Virus record (IMG/VR): IMGVR_UViG_3300005826_000069
Coordinates: 4,605-68,604 of that record
Length of the DNA stretch: 64,000 nt
DNA from: a virus
Strand: one strand, 5' to 3'
Shown here piece by piece: positions 9,961-20,107 of the stretch. The notes below the pieces were generated by a model, which had not been told where the DNA came from, made no database searches, and saw only the letters and a program-made list of their open reading frames with translations. Made by a program: the position numbers and the translations under genes. Position 1 is the stretch's first letter; the number at the start of each line of letters is the position of its first letter.

Positions 9961-10875
9961 TTAGGCGTTACCGGAAGAGCCGAATGCTCCCCGATAGTCC
10001 GACCAGCCAAAGCTGTACCGCTCGCGCGCCTTGTAGCGCATGTTGCCCGTCTCGAAGTCGCCCTCGATACCGCGCTGGATGTTCTTCCGCACCATGTGCT
10101 TCAGGCCGTCCATGCAATCGGTGATCAGGAACCACGCATTCGGGTCAGTCAGACGATGGTTCTGGAAAGCCCCACCCGGCACCTTGCCAAGATTTTTCAT
10201 GGCATTGATGTCGTTGTCTGCAGTTCCCGGACGATACGGGGACATGAGAATGCGCTCTGCAACGAACTCAAGATCGGGCGGCACGATCAGCTTCATTGGC
10301 CGAACCGCGATGTTGATACCGCGCTCGTCAACGAACTTGCTGATCTGGATGCACGCTTCTTCCAGAGACGTTTCGGACAGGTCTGCCTGCGTGGCAAACG
10401 TGTTCGACTGCACACCGCCGCCGTAAAGCGGGTGAGACGGGCTGAACAGGGGAACGCCATCGCCGCCCGGATAGGCAGCGTTGAAGCCGTTGTTCAGGAT
10501 ACCCGCACCCTTTACTTCCTTGGTGTGCTGCATTGAGCGCGCCAGCGCCCTCGCGTACTTGGAGCCGATGGAGCCGTAGAGGTTGTCCTCTTCAGCTTCC
10601 TCGGTGAGCGCGAATGCCAGAGCAATCGTCTCATGCACGTACCGGCTCGTGAACGCTTCGCCGCCACTGTCGTAGCTTACCGGAGCGCCCTCTGGCTTGA
10701 CGGGCGCACCCGCGAGGCCAGCCAGCAGTACATCTTCTTCGTACGCTTTGTTGGATGTGTTGATTTCGAAAATGGGCCGCCACTCTTCCGGGTAGCGCTT
10801 GTATTCCATTCCGAAGACGGTGTTGAGACCTTCCTGAAGTTCTTTTCGGAAGGCAGCACGATTCATAACGCTCAT
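9961..10875 (-). CDS. Major capsid protein (Mu gpT-like, HK97 fold)
   Basis: 304 aa; 'KEL..GLN.vFG.EY', 'GDGVPLFS.SHP', 'GDFETGNMRYKARERYSFGWSD.RG'; AGGAGG RBS. Confidence 0.92.
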   Translation of the reverse strand: MSVMNRAAFRKELQEGLNTVFGMEYKRYPEEWRPIFEINTSNKAYEEDVLLAGLAGAPVKPEGAPVSYDSGGEAFTSRYVHETIALAFALTEEAEEDNLYGSIGSKYARALARSMQHTKEVKGAGILNNGFNAAYPGGDGVPLFSPSHPLYGGGVQSNTFATQADLSETSLEEACIQISKFVDERGINIAVRPMKLIVPPDLEFVAERILMSPYRPGTADNDINAMKNLGKVPGGAFQNHRLTDPNAWFLITDCMDGLKHMVRKNIQRGIEGDFETGNMRYKARERYSFGWSDYRGAFGSSGNA

Positions 10876-10889
10876 CGTATGTGTCCTCC

Positions 10890-11480
10890 TTAGACTTCAG
10901 TCAGCGATGCTGCGAAATAGTGGTTCTGGATGGTGAAACGCACCTTCGCAAAAGCACCATACTCAGACAGGGCGATGCCGTCAGGTCCCTCGTAGAGACC
11001 CTCGACACGGGCTACGGTGTTGGCCGCAGTGGCTTCTGCCTGATTCAGCTGAGCGCCGGAAATGCCGTTCGTGACATTGCCAGTACCAACTGTCCAGCCG
11101 AAAGCCTGCCCGAGATCGACGGCAGCGATTGTGGAAATCTGGCCAACGCATTCCAGATTCGGATCGTCGTACACGAACGCTTTGGCATTGACCGCCCCAA
11201 GGGTGGCAGTGCCGGTAGGCCAGTACGGTGACCACTTCACATCGCCGTTCGCAGCTACATACTGGCATCCCGCAAAGATACCAAGAACCCGAGCCGTCGC
11301 CGCCGCAGTGGCGGGAGTCAGGTTGATGGTGCGGTCTGTGCCAGCGAGGCTAACGAAATCGCCTGTGAAGATGTTCTCCGTGAGACCTGAAGCAATCGCG
11401 TACTCACGCATCCGAGCCGGAGTGCCGCCAGACTGATGGACGTTTGGCGCGAAACCGCGCTTTGCGTCTAGGTTAGCCAT
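10890..11480 (-). CDS. Capsid-associated cement/decoration protein
   Basis: 'MANLDA..GF.P...IFTGD.V...GIFAGCQY...VYDDP' family, typically found just upstream of this capsid type. Confidence 0.7.
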   Translation of the reverse strand: MANLDAKRGFAPNVHQSGGTPARMREYAIASGLTENIFTGDFVSLAGTDRTINLTPATAAATARVLGIFAGCQYVAANGDVKWSPYWPTGTATLGAVNAKAFVYDDPNLECVGQISTIAAVDLGQAFGWTVGTGNVTNGISGAQLNQAEATAANTVARVEGLYEGPDGIALSEYGAFAKVRFTIQNHYFAASLTEV

Positions 11481-11491
11481 GGTGGATACCT

Positions 11492-12043
11492 CTACTCGTT
11501 ATCGGCAGCCTCCACCCTACGACCGACTACACGGGCAGGATGGGTCACCGATGTCTTGTGATGGACATGAATTGGATGACCTGTGACCTGCGCGTTTGAG
11601 AGATCGTGCTGAACGGCTTCTTCTTGCTGCTTGGTAAGCCCATCGTAATAGGCGCTTCGCTGCTTGAATCGGCTCTCCGGCATCTCACACAGGACGAGAT
11701 CATCCGCGACGATGATCCCTGCGCTGGAATCCGCGACTGCGAAATGCTGCCACTCAACGCCTGCCGTATCAGCAGGTCTGGGTCGCCAGCCTTCGCGCAT
11801 TGCGCTACTCCAGTTTCTGGGATCGGCCTCACCCTTCACCTGCTTTCGAATCCAGCGCTGCACCATGCCGGGTCTCGGCTCTGGCGCATCAAGGCTCGAT
11901 GGACGGACCCAAGGTCCCTCCGCATGTTCGAGGTGGGTGGCACGTTCATCCGACATCTCGTCCACACGAGACTCGTGCCCACGCTCTGGAACGTGGGTAG
12001 CTGCGGCTTTCGCGGCATCTTTCTTGGTGCTTCTGGCAGTCAT
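11492..12043 (-). CDS. Conserved head-module protein
   Basis: 'WVRPSSLDAP.PRPG.VQRWIR...REGW.P' motif; between scaffold and capsid genes. Confidence 0.7.
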   Translation of the reverse strand: MTARSTKKDAAKAAATHVPERGHESRVDEMSDERATHLEHAEGPWVRPSSLDAPEPRPGMVQRWIRKQVKGEADPRNWSSAMREGWRPRPADTAGVEWQHFAVADSSAGIIVADDLVLCEMPESRFKQRSAYYDGLTKQQEEAVQHDLSNAQVTGHPIHVHHKTSVTHPARVVGRRVEAADNE

Positions 12044-13074
12044 CTTGCATCCCTCTCTGCTTTCTCATTGAGCAAAGTCTGGCGGCGCTCTGCCGCAAAA
12101 CTTTTCAGATGCTCGGGGTTCTTTGGGTCGAGGCCGAATCTGCGCATTACCGCAAAGTCTTCAGGCCCCAACGTGACCTTCCCGGACTGCACTGCTCTTA
12201 CTGCCCCCCGATCATCTCCGTCCACGCCTGCGACAGTGTTGCCGGGGCGCGTACGCTTTCTCGGGGGAGTGTCACGATCAGAAGACTCATGGTCCTCCTG
12301 ATCATCGAAGAAACCCGGAAGCCGTTTGCGAAGACGCTTGTCCATCTCCTCAAAGTATTCCGGGGAGGTCTGGTCATAGCCCTCTGAAGCGAGCTTGGCA
12401 TCGACCTCGTTTGCAACACGGGTCTGCCTCTCGAAGCCGCTTCGGCTGTACCACGAGTTGTTCGCGGCCATCCATTTCTCGGCTTCAGCATTCACCGTGC
12501 GCGCGGGTGCTGCACTCCCGCCATCTGCATCGTCGTCATCCGACGCTGCCGCAGCCAGATCAGCCGCTTTGCGATCCGCTCTCAGCTCAGCGAGACGGTC
12601 ATACAATTTGACCTGTTCTTCAGTCTCGCCCGTCTCGACGGCTTTGGTGAGTTGAGACCGCGTAGCTTCGATCTGATCATCCAGCGATTTCAGTTCCGCC
12701 TTCGATAGCGATTTGAGCTGCGCCGCTGAACGCGCTTCGACGGCCTTTAATCTGGCCTCAGCGGCTTCCGCTCGCTGGCGCTCTTTCAGCTTGGCCCGAC
12801 GCTCACGCTCAAGCCGCTTCTCGAAGGAGTTCTTGGAGTCGCCGCCCTCGTCGTCATCGTCGGCCCCAGTTTTGGGGGCGGCAACAACATCAGAGTCTCC
12901 GTCAGATTCTTTCGATTCCGCTGCCTTTTGCAGGGGTCCTCGACTGATCCCGTCGGAGTCGGTATCGAGGTCCACTTCAACGGACGACATGTCGGGCGTG
13001 CCGTGAAGGTCCTCGAAGATGATGTCTTGATTACCTGTCATTGATAATTTCCTTAACTCAGATTGTAGCGTCAC
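12040..13074 (-). CDS. Scaffolding protein
   Basis: Acidic coiled coil with 'AEKW.A.N.WY' and 'S.EYF.EmDKRLR' motifs; true start may be MTGNQ (~13041). Confidence 0.7.
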   Translation of the reverse strand: MTLQSELRKLSMTGNQDIIFEDLHGTPDMSSVEVDLDTDSDGISRGPLQKAAESKESDGDSDVVAAPKTGADDDDEGGDSKNSFEKRLERERRAKLKERQRAEAAEARLKAVEARSAAQLKSLSKAELKSLDDQIEATRSQLTKAVETGETEEQVKLYDRLAELRADRKAADLAAAASDDDDADGGSAAPARTVNAEAEKWMAANNSWYSRSGFERQTRVANEVDAKLASEGYDQTSPEYFEEMDKRLRKRLPGFFDDQEDHESSDRDTPPRKRTRPGNTVAGVDGDDRGAVRAVQSGKVTLGPEDFAVMRRFGLDPKNPEHLKSFAAERRQTLLNEKAERDAR

Positions 13075-13094
13075 TTCCAGAGGAAGGACAAGGG

Positions 13095-13502
13095 TTATAG
13101 CCAGAACCGATAGTCTGTCGGTGATTCGATGACCCCAAGGATGTTGTCATCGTTCACGATCAGGTAGTTACGCCCGGATTTTGTCCGGATTTTCTGGCCC
13201 CCATAGACCCCGAAAACTACCCAGTCTCCGACCTTCGGCACCTCTCCCTCGCCCATGCTCAGCCCGGAACTCGTCTTTCCCGCATAGCACAATGGCCCCA
13301 TGTGGATGACTTTGCCGACGTTTGTCAGCATTCGCTCCGTCTCCTGAGCTTCGTCTGGCAGGTGAATGCTGCCAATCTGGCTGGGCGGGGAGTACGGCTC
13401 AATGACCATGCGCCAGAGGATCGCTCTGGGCGGCTTAAACTCCAGCTCCACTTCCTTTGTCGGCGGCACGAACTTTTTCTCGCCCATGCTGATGTCGCTC
13501 AT
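13095..13502 (-). CDS. groES: Co-chaperonin GroES-like protein
   Basis: 'GSIHLP', 'GKVIHMGP', 'KVGDWVVF..YGG', 'YLIVNDDNILGVI'. Confidence 0.85.
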   Translation of the reverse strand: MSDISMGEKKFVPPTKEVELEFKPPRAILWRMVIEPYSPPSQIGSIHLPDEAQETERMLTNVGKVIHMGPLCYAGKTSSGLSMGEGEVPKVGDWVVFGVYGGQKIRTKSGRNYLIVNDDNILGVIESPTDYRFWL

Positions 13503-13768
13503 TTCGCACCCCGCTTGCGCGTCTGAGCGCCTTCCGGTGTGTCTTCGTCATCGTCCGCCGCCAGCTCCGCGCGGTTGACCAGCGTATTGATCGTGGCCAC
13601 CGCCAGCTCCAGCCCCTCAACCTTGCCGGAGAGCTTCTTGTACTCCTTGAAGTCCCGGCACCCGCCCTTGCCCATCTTGCGCTCACACTCGCGCTGCTCC
13701 GCGTAAAGAGCCTGCGAGACGTGATTGGCAAACTGCTGCAACAGCGTCTGTGGTATTACTCTAGCCAT
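13499..13768 (-). CDS. Conserved small head-module protein
   Basis: 'G...dFkEYK.L.GkV.GL' motif; usual position between portal and GroES. Confidence 0.65.
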   Translation of the reverse strand: MARVIPQTLLQQFANHVSQALYAEQRECERKMGKGGCRDFKEYKKLSGKVEGLELAVATINTLVNRAELAADDDEDTPEGAQTRKRGAK

Positions 13769-13961
13769 ACTTCTTTTTCACCCCTTGTAGAAACGCCAAC
13801 ATCTGGCGGAAATTTTTGCCGGTCTCGATTGCCGAGAGGGCAAACTTGCGCGGAGATACGCCACGGATTCCCCGCTTGCGCAGGAACTCCCGTGCCGCAC
13901 GGACATCCTCAGCTTTAACGCTTCGTTCCGTCACTGTCCTTTTTCTGCTTTGCTCTGGCAT
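13761..13961 (-). CDS. Small basic hypothetical protein
   Basis: 66-aa ORF overlapping the portal 3' end and the next start. Confidence 0.45.
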   Translation of the reverse strand: MPEQSRKRTVTERSVKAEDVRAAREFLRKRGIRGVSPRKFALSAIETGKNFRQMLAFLQGVKKKYG

Positions 13962-16296
13962 TGTTCAGTTCCGCTTCGTTTGCTGCCTTGGTGACTGCAA
14001 GGGCATCCAAGCGGTCCTGTTCACGCTGATTGGCTTCGTCTGCTCTCGCCTGATCTGCCTCAAACGCCGCCTGCTTACGCGCCTCCTCGGCCTCGTATTC
14101 GGCTTGCTTGCGTGCCTGTTCCGCCTCGAACTCCGCCTGCTCCTGATCTGGCCCCTGCTCGTCTGGCGGCATGATCTGCACTGGGGGCACCTGTGCCGCC
14201 AGCTGCGAGATTTGCGCGTCCATTTCTGGCGGCAGCTCTTCCTCCGAGTTCTCGTCGTAGAACTCCAGAGGCGGCAGCACTCCGCCCATTGCCCGATTCA
14301 TTTCGTTCAGATACTTCAGCGCATAGTGCTCCGCAAGGTGCGCCTGCATCGATGGCCCGATCAGCTGCAGCGCCTCCTCGTTGATGCCTTGCATGAAAGC
14401 CATATGGACCGCGATGTGTGCATCGTGATCCTGCTCGGCAAACGCGCGGACTGGCTCACCACGCAGTATCTTCGCGCCTTCGGTAACCGGATCGCACCGC
14501 TTGGTCTCTCCGCCTTTGAGCACGCCTTCGAAGTCCGGGACACGCAGCGCCCGTAGGAACCTGCGCTCGACCTCGGCCCGGTCATACAAATCTGGGGCTT
14601 CCATGCTGCGCTGTACAAGCGCCTGAGCAATGGCGATACGCTGGGCGCTGGAGAAGATGTTTGGGTCAGAGACTGGCACCACATCCACGCGCCCGTCGTA
14701 GTCCTCACGGAACACGACGTTATCGCCGCCCTCGACCTCGTACGGATACTTGTCTTCGAGGAAATCGTAGTTCAGCTCGGCACGCAGCTTGAACTCTTCA
14801 CCCGCAGCACGGTGAAGCCTGCGATGGATGCCAGAGAAGACCTTGCTGCCCTGCTCGATCAGCGCGACCGTGGTGCCGACAGGCCCGGTGTTTGACGCTT
14901 CCCCGGTCATCGCCTCCGTGGTTGAGCTGAACGACTTGCCTGCATCGACCAGAATCTCGAACAGCTTGGCCAGCGCTTGTGACGGCTCCTTCCATGACGG
15001 CGTGTAGATGCCGCGCGCAATATCCTCGGCGCTGCCCTTGACGTTCTTGTACACCCCCGGAGAGATGTGGATGTCGCCCTTGGTCAGGCCGATCACGTCT
15101 TCCGATACGAAGCCGCCCTGCAGGTTCGCAAACGCTGCCGAATCCAGCAGCGCGCGCAACGTACCTGACGAAGACTCCGCTACCGATCCAATGAGATGCA
15201 GCAGGCCAAATCCGTAGAAGCCAAGCCCCGGAAGATAGCGGTAGTGCGTGAACCAGACGCGCTTGCGACAGCGCTCATCGTCTTCCTTCCAGTTGCGCCG
15301 GATTGACAGGACCTCGCGAGAGTTCTTATCCACTGTCACCACGTACGGCAGCGGGTAATCCTTCTTGAATTTCTTCTGGTCCTTTTCAATCTCCAGATCG
15401 ATATGACATTCGAACAGCGTATAGACGTAATCCTTCTCGCTGGTGGACATCACCCGGTCGTCGGCCTCGTCCTCGTAGACGCGATGATCGTCCTCGATGT
15501 TCGCCTCGACGTTGACCTTCATCAGCTTCACGTCCCGATAGAACCCGGAACTCTGCAGCTTCTTGATGTCGGTCTCGTTCTTGGTCAGGCGATGGGTGTA
15601 CCGGGTCGCGCTGATCAGGTCCGTCGCCGTGTAAGGCACGATGAAGTCTTCAGGCTGCACAAAGCGGCTGACCACCATGCCCTGAACCGGGTCGTAGTAC
15701 GACTTCTTGAATGCCGATCCGCCCAGCGGGAGATAGAACAGCATCCTGTCGGTATGCCAGAAATATGACGGGTCTTCTTCCGTCATCTGGTAGTTCATGT
15801 GGTCAGCGATGCGCTGCCCCTGATCCTCGCGCTGCTGGTCGATCTTGCCGATGATCTTGGTCTTGACCGGGCCATCGGACGGGAACGCCTCCTCGATGGC
15901 GCGCGCCTGAAACTGGACCACCGCCTCACCGATCAGCGGATAGGTGACTGCACTGGCCCCATCGAACGGCAGGGATTCGAGCGGTCGGTTGCGCAGGCCA
16001 AGCAGTTCCATCGCCTGATCCATGCGCAGCTTCCAGTCCTTGCGGCTGCCGAGATCGATATCTACGTAATCGATGATATCGTTGGCCAGATCGGACAGCT
16101 CTTTCTGCTCCAAGTCTTCCGCGAGATTCGAGGAGAACTCCTGACTGGCAGAGCGTGAGATGGATGACATGCCCGGCTGGAAGTCCACCACCGCGCTGTC
16201 GCCTCGTTGGATAACCCTCGCGCCGCCGACATCGACCGTCTGGTCCATGATGTCCTGCGGCATCTCGGGTACTCGTGGTGCGTCTTTCAGTGCCAT
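13915..16296 (-). CDS. Portal protein (P22-like)
   Basis: 793 aa; 'LPLGGSAFKKsYYD', 'LPGLGFYGFGL', 'PVGTTVALIEQGSKVFS', 'PVSDPNIFS'. Confidence 0.9.
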   Translation of the reverse strand: MALKDAPRVPEMPQDIMDQTVDVGGARVIQRGDSAVVDFQPGMSSISRSASQEFSSNLAEDLEQKELSDLANDIIDYVDIDLGSRKDWKLRMDQAMELLGLRNRPLESLPFDGASAVTYPLIGEAVVQFQARAIEEAFPSDGPVKTKIIGKIDQQREDQGQRIADHMNYQMTEEDPSYFWHTDRMLFYLPLGGSAFKKSYYDPVQGMVVSRFVQPEDFIVPYTATDLISATRYTHRLTKNETDIKKLQSSGFYRDVKLMKVNVEANIEDDHRVYEDEADDRVMSTSEKDYVYTLFECHIDLEIEKDQKKFKKDYPLPYVVTVDKNSREVLSIRRNWKEDDERCRKRVWFTHYRYLPGLGFYGFGLLHLIGSVAESSSGTLRALLDSAAFANLQGGFVSEDVIGLTKGDIHISPGVYKNVKGSAEDIARGIYTPSWKEPSQALAKLFEILVDAGKSFSSTTEAMTGEASNTGPVGTTVALIEQGSKVFSGIHRRLHRAAGEEFKLRAELNYDFLEDKYPYEVEGGDNVVFREDYDGRVDVVPVSDPNIFSSAQRIAIAQALVQRSMEAPDLYDRAEVERRFLRALRVPDFEGVLKGGETKRCDPVTEGAKILRGEPVRAFAEQDHDAHIAVHMAFMQGINEEALQLIGPSMQAHLAEHYALKYLNEMNRAMGGVLPPLEFYDENSEEELPPEMDAQISQLAAQVPPVQIMPPDEQGPDQEQAEFEAEQARKQAEYEAEEARKQAAFEADQARADEANQREQDRLDALAVTKAANEAELNNARAKQKKDSDGTKR

Positions 16297-16300
16297 TTAT

Positions 16301-17947
16301 TCACCCGTATATCGCGCGCTTTTTCTGCTCGGATTCCCACACGCTTCTCAAATAATCAACATCGTCATCGTCGTCGTCCAAGAACTCCGCATTCCACTTC
16401 CTCCGGAGCCAGAGACACGCCATAGTAACCGTATCTACCAAGTCATCGTTATCCGCCGCCGGAAATTCTGCGCACTGGGTGATGACTTCCTTCGCCCAGT
16501 TGCGGTCCACGTACCAGACGCAGCCGCGCTCAAAGACCAGAGAGGCCGCATTGGCGCGTGCCCACTTCGAGTCCTGAATCCTGACCCGTGCGATGGGCAG
16601 CCGTGAGCGCTTCAGCTCCTGAGCCAGCGCGTGTCCGGACGATTTCTTCTCGATCAGAATCTTGTCTGGCTTCCACTTGTCATTGGAATCCAGCGCCTCT
16701 TTGCGCAGATCGGGGTACTGCATCCGCTCGTTCATGCGCTCCAGCAGGATCAGGCATAGGCGCTTCTGTCCAATGTACCGCGCTGACCATGGCTGGGTCG
16801 TGTTCACTTCCTCTTCCCACTCGAATACGCCCCACGTCGTGCGCGCGGAGAAGTCGTTCTCCTCCTCCTCCTCGTATGCAGTGTCATACGACTGGATGAT
16901 TGCGACACACGGCGGCAGCTCCGAGTCTTCCCACTTGCGCCAGTGCTCGGCCTTGATGATATTGCCGCCCTCAATGGACGGGTTCTGCTGAATCTGCGCA
17001 GCGAAGGCCCTGTCCGTCAGCAGGCTGGAGAGCTTCGACATCGATTGCTCATCGAAGCGTCCCTTGTTCAGCAGCTCTCCCTCTTGAGTCCGGGGGTCCT
17101 CGAATATCTTGTCGCCCTTCTTCAGCAGCGGCACGTCAGGGCCGATGTAGCGCCCCCGCTCGCTATACAGATCGTCAGGTCGCTGCACTGAGTCCTTCTT
17201 CGCGAAGGTCATGCATTTCTTCGCCGGGATGTAGTACCCCGGCAGGTTCAGATGAATGACCGACTTGTCCTCAAGCCAGTAGCCGGGAAGGTCCCTATGG
17301 TGTCCTCTCTGGGCGATGACCACGCGACCGCAGCGCTTTGGATTATTGGCGCGAGTGGACATGACATCGCGCCACCACGAGATCACGCCCTCTCTGGTCG
17401 TGTCTGAGTTGATCTCGTTCATGTTGTGCGCGTCATCGACCACGAGGCGGTCACCGCCCTCACCCGTCGCTGTACCGCCGACAGAGGTCGCCAGACGGTA
17501 ACCATTATGGTTGTTCTCGAAGCGCCCCTTCTGGTTCTGGTCTGAAGTGATATGGAACCGCTGGCCGAATCGTGCCTGATACCACGGTGACAGGATCAGG
17601 CGACGACATTTCACGGAGTCGCGCAAGGTCAGCGGCGCGGCATAGGTCGCGAACATCCACTGGCTTGATGGCATCCACGTCCATTCCCATGCAGGCCAGA
17701 ACACGGCGCAGGTCAACGACTTGGTGTGCCGGGGAGGGATGTTGATCACCAGATCATCGATGTCGCCCAGAGAGACGTACATCAGGTGCTCGGCAATCGC
17801 ATCGATGTGCCAGTTGGGCGCGTACTCTTTCCCCGGCTCCACGACGTGCCACGCGCCAGCGATGAACTGCCGGAAGTCCCGCGTCATGATCTCCGCATCG
17901 ACCGTGATGTAGTCGGAGTATTCTGCGCTTTTGGCGACGGCTACCAT
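16301..17947 (-). CDS. terL: Terminase large subunit
   Basis: 'LVINIPPRHTKS' Walker A, 'LVVDDAH' Walker B, 'QSYDTA', 'DDLVD' nuclease motifs. Confidence 0.93.
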   Translation of the reverse strand: MVAVAKSAEYSDYITVDAEIMTRDFRQFIAGAWHVVEPGKEYAPNWHIDAIAEHLMYVSLGDIDDLVINIPPRHTKSLTCAVFWPAWEWTWMPSSQWMFATYAAPLTLRDSVKCRRLILSPWYQARFGQRFHITSDQNQKGRFENNHNGYRLATSVGGTATGEGGDRLVVDDAHNMNEINSDTTREGVISWWRDVMSTRANNPKRCGRVVIAQRGHHRDLPGYWLEDKSVIHLNLPGYYIPAKKCMTFAKKDSVQRPDDLYSERGRYIGPDVPLLKKGDKIFEDPRTQEGELLNKGRFDEQSMSKLSSLLTDRAFAAQIQQNPSIEGGNIIKAEHWRKWEDSELPPCVAIIQSYDTAYEEEEENDFSARTTWGVFEWEEEVNTTQPWSARYIGQKRLCLILLERMNERMQYPDLRKEALDSNDKWKPDKILIEKKSSGHALAQELKRSRLPIARVRIQDSKWARANAASLVFERGCVWYVDRNWAKEVITQCAEFPAADNDDLVDTVTMACLWLRRKWNAEFLDDDDDDVDYLRSVWESEQKKRAIYG

Positions 17948-19332
17948 TACAGGTCCTTCGTCCCGAGGAAGAAGCCCTTGGTCAGCAGGGTCGAGGGCTG
18001 CAACAGGCCGCTCGTGTCCACCACTGTGGTTCCGGTCGCGTTGTTGGTCAGCTTGCCCTCACCGTATAGAACGATGGTTCCGTCCGTCACAGTGCTGTCG
18101 ATAATGATCTGCCCACCATCCAGCTCAACGGAAACGTCGTCGGCACCAGTCTTGTTGATGATCTGGATGCCGCCCGAATAGTTGCGCATGATCAGGCTGC
18201 GACCTGACCCGTTGTAATCGATGATCGGTGTTGATGTCCCGGCCACGCCAGACCAGCAATCCAAAAAGTTGATATCACTGGTGCCGGACAGGGTAATCGT
18301 TCCGGCCTCAATCAGGCACTGATAGAGCGTTCCTGAGACCATGTTGAGCGGCGGCAGGATATGCGCTGACCGCACCTCTACCTCGCCATCCAGAGTTCCC
18401 GTCAGGCCGCACTCCGTAAACCTGCAGTTTGTGACATCCGCCCCCGGATTGAGTGTTACCGTGGTCGTGCCGGGGTCCTGCCCGATGATGGTGAATCCGG
18501 GCGCGTCATCGCCCGTGTCGAATGTGACATCACCCAGAATCTGGATCGTGGTGAAGCCTAGCGCATTCGCTACCGCCACGCAGTCCGGGATGTTGTTCAG
18601 CGGAGCCTGTGGCGTACCGTTCGGATACGAGACTCCGGAATTGCCGCTGCTTGCCTGATACCACACCTTGTTCTGGTAACTGGCATACCTGATCTCTGTC
18701 AGCTCCTGCAGTGTCGCGGATGACGATGTAGTCTGGATAACCTGCGTGAATGCCGTCGGCAGGATCGCGTTTGTCAGCGCACCCAGCTCATCGAATCCGA
18801 CGAGGTTGCCGCCGGTTGATGTGCATTGGATGGTCGGCATGACCTTATAGGCATCCGCGATATCGTATTGATTGTCCGTGCCATTCGTTGGCACCTTCGT
18901 GATCAGCTCGGTCTCTGACACTACCTCGGTCACATCTGACGAAGAGCCATCAGTGTTATTGATAACGGTATCGCCCCGCATCACTCCGTTCGTGATGAAG
19001 GTCGCCGCCGCATCGATCAGGCTGATCTCGTTGTTGACGGGTGCCGAGCTTCCGGTAGTCACAGTGCCGGTCTGGGCAGGCGTATAGCGCGCCTCGAATG
19101 CGAGCTTCAGGTTGAGCTGGCTGACAGTGATGCCGACGAAAACACCGCCACCCAGAGGCTGCTTGCCCGACGCATCAATCAGGTATGGGAATGACATTGC
19201 CTGAAACGAGGATTCAATCGTTCTGATCGTGTCCACGTAATCCTGCATGGTGACCTCTACGGACGGCGCTGCAACCGTCGCCACGCGCGGTGAGCGCGAG
19301 AAGTCTACGGTGATGTCATTGCGTACGGCCAT
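17947..19332 (-). CDS. Virion structural protein with beta-helix-like C-terminal half
   Basis: 461 aa, Thr/Gly-rich, 'NGTPQAPLNNI.D' motif preceding beta-helix-like repeats. Confidence 0.6.
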   Translation of the reverse strand: MAVRNDITVDFSRSPRVATVAAPSVEVTMQDYVDTIRTIESSFQAMSFPYLIDASGKQPLGGGVFVGITVSQLNLKLAFEARYTPAQTGTVTTGSSAPVNNEISLIDAAATFITNGVMRGDTVINNTDGSSSDVTEVVSETELITKVPTNGTDNQYDIADAYKVMPTIQCTSTGGNLVGFDELGALTNAILPTAFTQVIQTTSSSATLQELTEIRYASYQNKVWYQASSGNSGVSYPNGTPQAPLNNIPDCVAVANALGFTTIQILGDVTFDTGDDAPGFTIIGQDPGTTTVTLNPGADVTNCRFTECGLTGTLDGEVEVRSAHILPPLNMVSGTLYQCLIEAGTITLSGTSDINFLDCWSGVAGTSTPIIDYNGSGRSLIMRNYSGGIQIINKTGADDVSVELDGGQIIIDSTVTDGTIVLYGEGKLTNNATGTTVVDTSGLLQPSTLLTKGFFLGTKDL

Positions 19333-19907
19333 CAGCTGCCTTCAGCTTTCGCCGCCAGCTTGCCTAGCTCAACATCCCGCTCCTTCACTCTGGAGACCAA
19401 TACCTGCAGCTCGTTGATCGATGCGTGCTCAGTCGCGATTACCTTCTCGCAGCGCAGAATCGCCTCCTTGCACTGGGCGATCTGTTGCTCCATGGCCGCC
19501 ACGTCATACGGAGGGAACCGCCGCTTTATGCTTTTGATCAGCTCCTGCTTGGCTTCGTAGCCGATGCCGTCGTCCGCTTTGATCCGCGCCATCTCCTCGT
19601 CACGGTGCTTGCACATGGAGATATGGCCCCGGTACTCACCGATCATCTGGTTCTGTTCGTCACGGGTATTGCTGACCTTCTCGATGTTGCCACGGCATTC
19701 CCTGATTCTGGCCAGCAGGTAGTCGAGCCTGTGCTTCGGATACCTGCGGCAAATATCTTCGATCCTGTTCTTGCGCTCGGTTTCGATGGATACCGGAAGC
19801 TCCAGCTTCGCTCGCGCTCCCTCTGCAATAGGCAGGTCCTCGATCCTGCGCCCAGCCAGACGTATGGATTCGATTCCCATCTGGCCCACGTTGCTATGGT
19901 CTTTCAT
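19332..19907 (-). CDS. Coiled-coil hypothetical protein
   Basis: 191 aa, helical, translationally coupled to its neighbours. Confidence 0.6.
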   Translation of the reverse strand: MKDHSNVGQMGIESIRLAGRRIEDLPIAEGARAKLELPVSIETERKNRIEDICRRYPKHRLDYLLARIRECRGNIEKVSNTRDEQNQMIGEYRGHISMCKHRDEEMARIKADDGIGYEAKQELIKSIKRRFPPYDVAAMEQQIAQCKEAILRCEKVIATEHASINELQVLVSRVKERDVELGKLAAKAEGS

Positions 19908-20107
19908 TCCCCTAACCTCTCGATGTCGTCAGCAATAGCATTCAGCCTTGCCCTGCCCTTAGCGAACCATCTCTGCACAGCATCTCTCACGGCCTGCGGT
20001 GCCCCTTCGGTGTCGCAGACGGTGAGCATTCCGCGCTCACCGCCTGCGTACCATTTTCTTAATCTCTCAGCGAGATCAGACGGCGATTGTGTCTGGCTGT
20101 CTGACAA
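19904..20107 (-). CDS. Small hypothetical protein
   Basis: Fills the gap, with ATGA overlap to the next gene; start uncertain. Confidence 0.4.
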   Translation of the reverse strand: MSDSQTQSPSDLAERLRKWYAGGERGMLTVCDTEGAPQAVRDAVQRWFAKGRARLNAIADDIERLGE

